Source: Bacilli bacterium (GTDB taxonomy: Bacteria; Bacillota_I; Bacilli_A; RFN20; CAG-826). Taken from it: a DNA stretch of 64,000 nucleotides. Position 1 is the stretch's first letter. Each line of letters opens with the position of its first letter. Location of the stretch: positions 215,795-279,794 of the forward strand of contig JBGUQI010000022.1 of the NCBI GenBank assembly GCA_045130875.1, read 5' to 3'. The notes below the pieces were generated by a model. That model was given only the letters and a program-made list of their open reading frames with translations. It was not told where the DNA came from and did no database searches. Both the position numbers and the translations under genes were made by a program. Positions 49,361-57,745 of this stretch are shown one piece after another.

Positions 49361-50860
49361 ATGCCAGAACAAGAAAAGAAAAAGAGAATAGTTTTATCAA
49401 AGTATCAAAAGTCCAATAAGAAATTAAAAGAGAGACTTAATACTTTTGTTAAGCACGATAAAACTTCTAATGAAATATTAGAATCGATTTCTAATGGAGA
49501 TAATAGATATCTACGTAGTCATCGTATTGAAACCACTAACTATGACCCCAAATGGTTAACGATGATCGAAGATTGTATCCCTGAATTAGGAGAAATCATC
49601 AAGAATCCCCGTAAAGTCACTCAAACAGTGACTGATATCGTCCCTGTCGAATTAGCGAAAAAGACTAACGCTGAATCAGTCAGACATTTAGCGAGCCACA
49701 CTCAATATGTGAAAAGCGTCGATGAATACGGGAATGTCACTCCTAATAAAGTTTTAAATATTGGAAGTGATGATAACTATTTAATTTATGAAAATAAATT
49801 TATCGCCACTTTAGTGAAGAGATTAGTCATCTTCGTGGAGAAGAGATATGAATTCCTCACTAAATATGTTCCTTTAAAGGAAACTGATGTTTTGTTATAT
49901 AAAACTAAATCCATCATCGATGGTTCTGTCGTCGAGATAGAAACTAAAGTTAAAGTGACGAAGAATGCCGAAGATGATGTTAAAGGTAATAGCACTACTG
50001 CGTATATCAAACGTATTGAAAGAGTGAGAAACTATATCATCTACTACATGAATAGTGACTTCATGAAGATGTTTAGAAATGAAAAGGATGTCACTGGACA
50101 AATCCTTCAAACTAACATCATCAGAAAGAACAAGAATTATCATAAATGTTATTTACTCTATAGATATATCACTGGTTATAACCAGTTAGGTATCGACTAT
50201 AAAGTGAAAGAACAATATACCGCATATACGGAACAACAGATGAAAGAGATTAATAATCTTGCTTTATCCGCATTCCTTGCCGTGGATCATAATGGACCCA
50301 GTCATCTCGCTTTAGAGAAAGAGAAGAAATATAAACCCCGTATTCTCACCTCTATCGATGATGAACCCTTTGTGTATGGTCCTATTCCTAGTAAACCCGT
50401 GCAATATATCCGCTGCGATGACCAATACTTCTTAGATCAAGAGAAATCTCTTAATGAGATTAAATTAAGACCTACGAAAGAAGAAGCGGAATATCAAAAA
50501 GATGATGCGGAAAAGAAAAAGAAACTCGAAGAGGAAAAGAAACGCGTCGCCGCTTTAAAGAAGAGAAGAGAGCAAGAACTCAAAGAGTTCAAGAAGAAAC
50601 GCGAAGCCTTAAGAGAAGAAAAACGTAAACAAGCGGAAGCGGAACGTATCCGTAAGGAAGAAGAGAGAAAGAAGAAAGAACTCGAGAGAATCGAGAAAGC
50701 TCGTAAAGACTTAAAAGAACAAGCTGTTGTCCATCGTAAAGAAGATGAACAAAAAGCTAAAGAAGAAAAAGCCTTAGAAAAGGCGAGACAAAAACTCCTT
50801 CAACAACAAGAAAAACAAGAACAAGAAGAAACTCCCACTAGTGAAACTGGTAACGAATAA
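49361..50860 (+). CDS. Hypothetical protein with long C-terminal K/E-rich coiled coil (499 aa)
   Basis: The N-terminal ~370 aa are globular with no recognised motifs. The last ~130 aa are a highly charged heptad-like repeat (EEKKRVAALKKRREQELKEFKKKREALREEKRKQAEAERIRKEEERKKKELERIEKARK). Confidence 0.5.
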   Translation: MPEQEKKKRIVLSKYQKSNKKLKERLNTFVKHDKTSNEILESISNGDNRYLRSHRIETTNYDPKWLTMIEDCIPELGEIIKNPRKVTQTVTDIVPVELAKKTNAESVRHLASHTQYVKSVDEYGNVTPNKVLNIGSDDNYLIYENKFIATLVKRLVIFVEKRYEFLTKYVPLKETDVLLYKTKSIIDGSVVEIETKVKVTKNAEDDVKGNSTTAYIKRIERVRNYIIYYMNSDFMKMFRNEKDVTGQILQTNIIRKNKNYHKCYLLYRYITGYNQLGIDYKVKEQYTAYTEQQMKEINNLALSAFLAVDHNGPSHLALEKEKKYKPRILTSIDDEPFVYGPIPSKPVQYIRCDDQYFLDQEKSLNEIKLRPTKEEAEYQKDDAEKKKKLEEEKKRVAALKKRREQELKEFKKKREALREEKRKQAEAERIRKEEERKKKELERIEKARKDLKEQAVVHRKEDEQKAKEEKALEKARQKLLQQQEKQEQEETPTSETGNE

Positions 50861-51627
50861 TGAGTGAAGAGACAAAGAAGAAAAGAGAAAAGAAACCGAA
50901 GAGCAAACTAAGGAAAACCTTAGAATGGGTTTTCACCGGTCTTTTCCTTGCTGTATTTGGCTTCTTCTCTGTCATGATGATCGTCGGTTTTGCTTCTCGA
51001 AAAGATAACCACAATGTCCCCAATTATGGGGGCATTCAAGTACTAGAAGTACTTACTGATTCTATGGAACCCACTTATAAAACCAAAAGTGTCGTCTTTG
51101 TAAAAAAGGTGAAGATGGAATCCTTTAAAGAAGGTGATGATATCACCTTTATGTATTACATCTCCTCTTTGAGAAAGACGATGCCCATGACTCATAGATT
51201 GATGAGTATTAAAACTCCAGAAGAAACCGGAACTGGACATTATGAATTTGTGGCTCATGGGATTAATAAGAATTCCACACAATGTAATGGTGATTGTACC
51301 TATCAAACCCAAGTCTTTAATGAGACCCAGGTATTAGGTAAAGTTGTCGGTCATTCCATCGTTATCGGTGCGGTATTTAACTTTATGACCACACCATGGG
51401 GGTTATTGATATTACTGTTAATACCAGCATTATATCTCATCATCACCTCAGTGATTGACATAGTCAATGCCGCGAAAGATGATGAGGATAAAGCTCCCGC
51501 TTTAGAAGGGGGAGGGGGTTCTGGAGCCCTAGATAAATTATCCAAAGAAGATATTGAAAGACTTAAGCAAGATATGCTTAATGAAATGATTGAAGAAAAA
51601 AGTAAAGGAGGGAAGAAAGATGAATAG
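50860..51627 (+). CDS. sipW: Archaeal/ER-type signal peptidase I (SipW-like)
   Basis: An N-terminal TM helix is followed by box B VLTDSMEP (Ser nucleophile), box C GDDITF and box D MTHRL (His general base rather than Lys). This is the SEC11/SipW signature. A C-terminal TM helix is present, as in SipW. Confidence 0.65.
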   Translation: MSEETKKKREKKPKSKLRKTLEWVFTGLFLAVFGFFSVMMIVGFASRKDNHNVPNYGGIQVLEVLTDSMEPTYKTKSVVFVKKVKMESFKEGDDITFMYYISSLRKTMPMTHRLMSIKTPEETGTGHYEFVAHGINKNSTQCNGDCTYQTQVFNETQVLGKVVGHSIVIGAVFNFMTTPWGLLILLLIPALYLIITSVIDIVNAAKDDEDKAPALEGGGGSGALDKLSKEDIERLKQDMLNEMIEEKSKGGKKDE

Positions 51628-53146
51628 AAGTAAAAAACTTTTAGCGGGAATGATAACACTTCTAGTGATTTTCTTGCTCCTTATGGGTGCCACCATCATC
51701 TTGTGGTATGTCGAATTAGTGAAGAATCCTCTCTATGTTACTTTAGAGATTATCGCCTTAGTATTACTCGTGGGTGGCTCTGCATTCTTATTCGCTTTAT
51801 ATATCAATGAACAGAGAAGCATTAAAGAAGGTATTAAAGAGAATGAATACAATCTTCATAGAAAAGTAGTTTTCTATTCCTATAACTACTTCTCTAGAGC
51901 CTTATCTTCTACATTAAGTAGAAACAAGAGAAAGACCGGTTATTTAATCGTCTTTAACGCGGTTAAATCACACGCGCTTACCACATACACAATTAACAAG
52001 ACCGCGGACTTCAATGGTTATATCGCGGACTTCATCTTAGATAAACATGTCCTCGGTAAGGAATATGGAGATTTTAACTTCTGTTTCTACCGTGGTAACT
52101 TCCTATTCTATTTGATGTGTGATGAAACTAAACTAAATAACTTCATCACCGATATGGAAAATGAAGCCTATCGCTTAGTGAGAGAAATGGACTTCCGTAT
52201 CAATGTCCAACCAACATTTGGTATCTATGAACATGAAGGTGGTAAAGAAGAATCCATCTATGAGATGACTAATAAAGCTATTGCCGCGAGAGAAGTCGCG
52301 GAAAAGAATTATGAAAACGCTTTATTCTTCTCTGAAGAGATGATTCAAGATACATCCTCTAATGAAGCGGATGAAATCGCCAAAGCCTTAGAGAACAATG
52401 AATTCGTCGTCTACTATCAACCTAAGTTCAATCTTAATGGTAGAGAATTCAATTCTTCTGAAGCTTTAATTAGATGGAACTCCCCCACGAGAGGTTTATT
52501 ATCTCCCATGAGATTTATCAACTCCGCGGAAAACGGAGGTTTAATCCATAGAATTGATATGTTCGTCTTCGAACAAGTCTGTAAGGACTTAGATGAGACT
52601 AAGAGAAAAGGAAGAAGACTCATTCCTGTCTCTATTAACTTCTCATTATATGAGTTCTATCATCCAACATTCGTTAAGGATATCGCCGCGATTATTGAAA
52701 AATATAATACCAATCCTAATTTATTAGAGATTGAAATCGTCGAAGGCACAACCGCAGCGAATATCTTCTTATCCATCTCCATCTTAAAGAGATTAAAAGA
52801 GATTGGTTTAAAGATCTTAATGGATGACTTCGGTGTTGGTTTCTCTAACTTTAATAACTTGAAGAACCTTCCTATCGATGTCATTAAAATCGATAAATCA
52901 TTTATCGATAATATCACCACGGATATCAAATCTAGAGAAATTACTAGATTCATGATTGAATTCGCTAAAGAAATCGGCTTAGAAGTCGTCGCGGAAGGTG
53001 TTGATAATCAAAAGCAGGTGGATTTGTTAAAGAAATTCAAATGCGACACTATTCAGGGATTCTTCTACTCTAAACCTTTACCACGTAATGAGTTTGAGAG
53101 ATTTATCGCCACGAATACATTTGAGAAGAGGAGGGACGCTAGATGA
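51620..53146 (+). CDS. Membrane-anchored degenerate-GGDEF / EAL c-di-GMP phosphodiesterase
   Basis: The start is at 51620 (AGGAGGG SD) and overlaps the sipW stop. There are 2 TM helices. The GGDEF site is degenerate (FYRGNFLFY). The EAL domain keeps YYQP, SEALIRW, FINSAEN, N.S, EIVE, DDFGVG, KIDKSF, AEGVD and QGFFYS, so it is likely active. Confidence 0.75.
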   Translation: MNRSKKLLAGMITLLVIFLLLMGATIILWYVELVKNPLYVTLEIIALVLLVGGSAFLFALYINEQRSIKEGIKENEYNLHRKVVFYSYNYFSRALSSTLSRNKRKTGYLIVFNAVKSHALTTYTINKTADFNGYIADFILDKHVLGKEYGDFNFCFYRGNFLFYLMCDETKLNNFITDMENEAYRLVREMDFRINVQPTFGIYEHEGGKEESIYEMTNKAIAAREVAEKNYENALFFSEEMIQDTSSNEADEIAKALENNEFVVYYQPKFNLNGREFNSSEALIRWNSPTRGLLSPMRFINSAENGGLIHRIDMFVFEQVCKDLDETKRKGRRLIPVSINFSLYEFYHPTFVKDIAAIIEKYNTNPNLLEIEIVEGTTAANIFLSISILKRLKEIGLKILMDDFGVGFSNFNNLKNLPIDVIKIDKSFIDNITTDIKSREITRFMIEFAKEIGLEVVAEGVDNQKQVDLLKKFKCDTIQGFFYSKPLPRNEFERFIATNTFEKRRDAR

Positions 53147-53892
53147 TTTTAATTTATGGTAGTACACGTGATGACGTGTCATATTTTGAAACTCGTATTC
53201 AAAATAAAAAAGAAGATACCATCCTCGGTAAATACAAGTTTATCACCGGCACGATGTCCTCTCAAAAAGTCGGTGTGGCCTATGGAGGATACACTAACTA
53301 TTTAAGTACGGCGATTATCTCCACGATTCTCGCGAAGAATATCGATATCGTCTTAGTGATCAATGTCGGTAAATGTTCCGCTTATGGGGAAGAATTAAAA
53401 ACTGGAGATATCGTTATCTCTAAACAAACCTATCTTGCAGAAGTTAATCAAGTGGGCATCAAAGATGCGATTTTAGGACAAGTTCCCACCTGTCCTCAAA
53501 TCTTTACCACGGATGCCTATGTCTTAGAGTTATTAAATAACTGTGTAAATAAAATTATTAAAAAGAATAATTCCAAGATTGGGACATTTATGTCTATGGA
53601 AAAGATTCTTCATAGAACTAGTGATTTCGATCATATCGCCGCTTCTAATGGAGTGATATTAGGAAATAAAGAAGATGTGGTATTCGACTCCTGCACAGGC
53701 GGAGTCGCATTAGCGAGTTATCTTCATAACATCCCTTATATCTCTATCGAAGTCGTAGAGAATAGAATTGATGAAGCTCCATCAATCTCTAGTTATGTAA
53801 AAGTCATCGAACACTATCTCGATATCGGTAAGGCTGTGGCCTCCTTTATCGGAGAGATATCCCGTAATGATGTCATCATAGGAAATGAATAA
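53143..53892 (+). CDS. PNP/UDP-1 family nucleosidase/phosphorylase-like protein
   Basis: A 249-aa protein whose fold-level motifs (GTMSSQ..GVAYGG, ...GG) resemble MTA/SAH nucleosidase or purine nucleoside phosphorylase family 1. Its start overlaps (ATGA) the stop of the EAL gene. Confidence 0.45.
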   Translation: MILIYGSTRDDVSYFETRIQNKKEDTILGKYKFITGTMSSQKVGVAYGGYTNYLSTAIISTILAKNIDIVLVINVGKCSAYGEELKTGDIVISKQTYLAEVNQVGIKDAILGQVPTCPQIFTTDAYVLELLNNCVNKIIKKNNSKIGTFMSMEKILHRTSDFDHIAASNGVILGNKEDVVFDSCTGGVALASYLHNIPYISIEVVENRIDEAPSISSYVKVIEHYLDIGKAVASFIGEISRNDVIIGNE

Positions 53893-53926
53893 TCATTATT
53901 TATATAAATAATAAGAAGGTGAGAAT

Positions 53927-56900
53927 ATGGAACAATATTATTTAAATAATCGGAACAGAAGGAAACGCTTTAAAAAGAAAAAAGATAATTCCGTCGAATT
54001 AGACTCTTTAAACCGTGGTGTTAAAAGAGTATCTTTAGTCTTTTTAATCGTCACTATTCTCAATATCCTTCTCGCCGCGACCTTCTTTGTCTTTGCCCTT
54101 CTCACCCAAAAGACCATATTCATCTTATTATTAGCCATTGTCTTTATCTTATTCGTGGCCTTCGTCGCGATGACAGTTATGTTCTATGCGAAATATAGCT
54201 TATCGCCATATTTCAATAACTTATATAGCACCACGAAGTATAACTATAACAAGTTAACTAACTTTGAAAGTGACCTCTCCTATTATGAAGATGGTACTTA
54301 TATCAAAGAGTTTGTGGATTTAAACCATCAGATAGATCAGATTAACGCTCTATTAAATACCTCTATGATGGTGCCCACAGAAATTAACTATGACAAATTA
54401 GATTTAGAATATGTTAATCCAAGTGACAATCGACTCATCGATTTAGAATGCTTTGTCAAAAGACATAAGGATTTCATCTTACAAGCAGAACTATTTAGAA
54501 ATGCCTTATTCACCTTCTTCTATGAAGATGGTGATGAATTTACTGGTGATGAGATTTATGAAAATCTCTATAACCACATCCTCGAAGAATTCGATGAAGA
54601 AGGTATTTTAATCGCCAAAGATGAAAAGAGAACTGGTTATCTAGTGTTCTTACCATTTATCGATTCTTTAACTTGTTTTGAACAGAGATTAAAGAAAGTG
54701 ACTGATAACTCCACTTTCATGATTCATGAAGCCGGAGGCACAAAGATTGCCACTTGTAAAGCTGCAGCGGTTATCTATCCATATTCTGATATTAAAGACT
54801 TAATCCCAGATTTAAGATATGCGATTAGACAATCTAAAGGCGTTAATGTCTATCTTCCTGAAAGATATAATGCTTCAAATAGAAATTTCTACCATACTTC
54901 TTTAAATTTAAATAATATCTCTAAAATGTTTGAAGCTTTATCTAAAACCAAGATTGATTTAGATGAGGTTGCAAAAACTAAAGCAAACTTCTTAAAGAAT
55001 ATGAAAAATTTAGCGGAGCATATGGGATTTGAATCCTTCGGTGTCGCTATATATAACGAGAATAAGCATAGATTTGATGTGGAATATGAAGATTCTCAAG
55101 AAGATCAAAGACCCCTATTTAAGGATGTTGGATATATCGACGAAGAATTAGTTAATCTCGTCGATAAATACGCTGACAGTGATTCTTCCTTATATTTCTA
55201 TAAGAGAAGTGTCTTAAATCCTGAATTAGGAGAGAAGTTAGATGTCTACGCCATTAAATGTGGTTACTTCTATATCGTTAAGACCGCAAATGGTATTGAA
55301 AACTTCATCTACTTTGTCAATAGAGACAAAGAGAGAATTATCGTTAATGCCTATGATAAAGAATCCTTAGAAGTCTTCTCCGCATTCGTTGCCGAATTCT
55401 CTAGACAGATTAGAAGTGAAACTGATGTTCATATCGCAGAACGTAGATATCGTTCTGTTATGAGATTAACAGACCATAATCTCTATTCTGTAGATAGAAA
55501 TACTTATGAACTCGTAGAATTAAGCGATGGCTTAATCGACGCAGTCGGGGAAATCGGTAAAGGGGATACCTGTTATAAGAAATTATATGGTTTAGATAAA
55601 CCATGTAAGGATTGTCCACTTGTCGCGAAAGTGAAGAAGACATCTAAGATTGGTAAACGTAACTATATGACTTCTTTAATCTTAGAGAGAAAGAAAGATG
55701 AATATCCTTCACTATTACTTTCTCCTTTAGGAAAAGAAGAAAACGCTAAAGCCTATAATAGATATGATTCTCAACTATTAATCCATAGTACCTATGGTTT
55801 AGTGGAGAGATTAGATAATCTCTTCCTCTCTAAGAGTAGAGGCTATGTCCTCTTCTTAAAGATCGATAACTTTGACGATATCTTAGAGAGACAAGGTGAA
55901 GAAGGCACTCAATCGAGATTAAGATACTTCTTTAAGAACTATCGACATAACCATAAATACGGTGATGGCGAAGTCTATACCTATAGAGATAATATCTTTG
56001 CCTTCGTCTTCCCTGAAGAAGGAAGACTAGATATCTTAAACCGTGCGGAATCTATCTATGAGATATCTCAAAAGAAATATGATGAGAGAGATGAATATGA
56101 AATTCCTCTTAAATGTACCTATATCGGTTTAGAATATCCATCCACGCATAACGATAGAATTGAATTCTTCCGTTATTTTGAAAAATATCTCAAAGATAAT
56201 AAGAAAGTCTTTAACCAAGAATTATTCTTATTACCCGATACGAACTATGTCCGTATGGTCTCTAGAGAGAAGTTCATCGTCTCCTTATTAGATAATGCTT
56301 TACAAAGCGGTAATATCTCAGTTAAATACTTACCAGAAGTTAAAGGTGACGCCACAAAGATTTTAGGTGCTGAATTATTATTAAGATTAACTGATAAGTA
56401 TTCTAATACTTCACTATCACCATATGAGTTCATTCCAGTAGCTAGTAAGAATAACCGTATTGGTAAGATTACTAACTACTTAATTAAACACATTGGTGAA
56501 ATCTATCAGAAATATGGTTTAAGTGCTTTTAAACTCGCTGGTTTAAAATACTTATCCCTTAACGTTGATACCACCTACTTCAACGATAGTGAGTTCTTAG
56601 ACAATATCGCCTCTCTCGTCGATAGTTTCCATCTTCCTAAGGGATTTATCAGATTTGAGTTTAACGAGGATGATATCGCCCAAAATGTGGCTTTATTAGG
56701 TAATGTAATACCTAAGATCAAACAATTAGATATCTTATTAATCGCCGATAACTATACTGGTAGATATATCTCCATTGATGAAATCAAAGAATTAGGCTTC
56801 TCTACGATTAAAACTTCAAGAAGCTTAATCAAAGATCTTGAAAAAGATCCCACTACAATCGCAGGTGTTAAATCCATCATTGAATCCATCAATGAATATG

Positions 56901-57055
56901 GACTTAACTACTGTTTAGTCGGTATTGAAAATAAACTCCAATATCAAATGATTAGAGAAATTGATGAAGAGTTCACCGCAGAAGGTTATTACTTCTATGA
57001 ACCATTAGACTTAGATGTCTTATTAGACAAACTAAGAGCAACATTGATTAAATAA
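53927..57055 (+). CDS. Large membrane protein with degenerate GGDEF and degenerate EAL domains (putative c-di-GMP receptor)
   Basis: Two N-terminal TM helices are present. The mid-region GGDEF is degenerate (LFLKIDNFDDI....GDGEVYTYRDNIFAFVF). In the C-terminal EAL-like domain EAL becomes ELLLR, DDFGTG becomes ADNYTG, FIPLAE becomes FIPVAS and QG becomes EG, so key catalytic residues are lost. Confidence 0.6.
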   Translation: MEQYYLNNRNRRKRFKKKKDNSVELDSLNRGVKRVSLVFLIVTILNILLAATFFVFALLTQKTIFILLLAIVFILFVAFVAMTVMFYAKYSLSPYFNNLYSTTKYNYNKLTNFESDLSYYEDGTYIKEFVDLNHQIDQINALLNTSMMVPTEINYDKLDLEYVNPSDNRLIDLECFVKRHKDFILQAELFRNALFTFFYEDGDEFTGDEIYENLYNHILEEFDEEGILIAKDEKRTGYLVFLPFIDSLTCFEQRLKKVTDNSTFMIHEAGGTKIATCKAAAVIYPYSDIKDLIPDLRYAIRQSKGVNVYLPERYNASNRNFYHTSLNLNNISKMFEALSKTKIDLDEVAKTKANFLKNMKNLAEHMGFESFGVAIYNENKHRFDVEYEDSQEDQRPLFKDVGYIDEELVNLVDKYADSDSSLYFYKRSVLNPELGEKLDVYAIKCGYFYIVKTANGIENFIYFVNRDKERIIVNAYDKESLEVFSAFVAEFSRQIRSETDVHIAERRYRSVMRLTDHNLYSVDRNTYELVELSDGLIDAVGEIGKGDTCYKKLYGLDKPCKDCPLVAKVKKTSKIGKRNYMTSLILERKKDEYPSLLLSPLGKEENAKAYNRYDSQLLIHSTYGLVERLDNLFLSKSRGYVLFLKIDNFDDILERQGEEGTQSRLRYFFKNYRHNHKYGDGEVYTYRDNIFAFVFPEEGRLDILNRAESIYEISQKKYDERDEYEIPLKCTYIGLEYPSTHNDRIEFFRYFEKYLKDNKKVFNQELFLLPDTNYVRMVSREKFIVSLLDNALQSGNISVKYLPEVKGDATKILGAELLLRLTDKYSNTSLSPYEFIPVASKNNRIGKITNYLIKHIGEIYQKYGLSAFKLAGLKYLSLNVDTTYFNDSEFLDNIASLVDSFHLPKGFIRFEFNEDDIAQNVALLGNVIPKIKQLDILLIADNYTGRYISIDEIKELGFSTIKTSRSLIKDLEKDPTTIAGVKSIIESINEYGLNYCLVGIENKLQYQMIREIDEEFTAEGYYFYEPLDLDVLLDKLRATLIK

Positions 57056-57062
57056 GAAAAAA

Positions 57063-57088
57063 GCCAAGGAACTAAACCTTGGCTTTTA
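57063..57088 (+). terminator. Rho-independent terminator ending the large operon
   Basis: A GCCAAGG-aacuaaa-CCUUGGC hairpin is followed by U4. Confidence 0.65.
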
Positions 57089-57187
57089 ACTATCTAACGT
57101 TATTACTATAATTTCTATTTACACTTTTTGCTGTAAAATTGAAATAATCTTCATTTTAGCCACTTTTTTACTAAATTGTTTAGATAA

Positions 57188-57745
57188 TTAACTATTATTT
57201 CTAATATAATCAATCAGTATTTTGATATTAGATTCTTCTTTTGATAACGAGGATAGCATTTCAATCATTTCATCATACCTAGTTGCAAACAATTCATAAT
57301 ATTGTCTTGGTTTGCTTTTGTGAGGATCGATGGGGTAGCCGTGTTTTATGAAAATGGTATCCATATCTGGAACAAAATAAATAGGTTCGATTAAATCGTC
57401 GTCACCCCACCACGTTCCTTTGAATAAAGATTTATCGATATATGCCTTGAGCATCTTATCTGTTGTTTCATCTTTATCCATAATAGTGAATATTTTATGA
57501 TTGATTATTTTTTTATTTGAAAGATGAATAGTTTGATCATTTTTCTTTATGTATTCTTTTTCGGTTGGATATTGAGATGATAAAAACTTATTAATGGTAT
57601 TGATATTAATTGATATCTTTCCATTTTTATCTGCTATGGGGTGTAGATTGCGTCTATTCTTATTTTGCATTTGCAAAACAATGTTATATTCACATTCGCC
57701 ATGACAAACAACACTACAAATAAGATAATTAATTTTTCTGTTCAT
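57188..57745 (-). CDS. Hypothetical small protein (185 aa), partner of the upstream ATPase
   Basis: It overlaps the ATPase gene by 17 nt in an AT-rich region. No confident motif is present. Confidence 0.4.
   Translation of the reverse strand: MNRKINYLICSVVCHGECEYNIVLQMQNKNRRNLHPIADKNGKISININTINKFLSSQYPTEKEYIKKNDQTIHLSNKKIINHKIFTIMDKDETTDKMLKAYIDKSLFKGTWWGDDDLIEPIYFVPDMDTIFIKHGYPIDPHKSKPRQYYELFATRYDEMIEMLSSLSKEESNIKILIDYIRNNS

Noticed and set aside
49361..50860. K/E-rich repeat at the 3' end of the 499-aa gene as a DNA repeat or mobile element
   Set aside because: The repetition is at the protein level (a charged coiled coil from AAG/GAA-rich codons). There are no flanking inverted repeats and no transposase.
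53927..57055. Possibility that the 1042-aa protein is an active diguanylate cyclase/phosphodiesterase
   Set aside because: The GGDEF site reads RDNIF, and the EAL domain lacks the catalytic Glu of FIPLAE, the DDFGTG motif and the QG motif. A receptor role is more plausible than a catalytic one.
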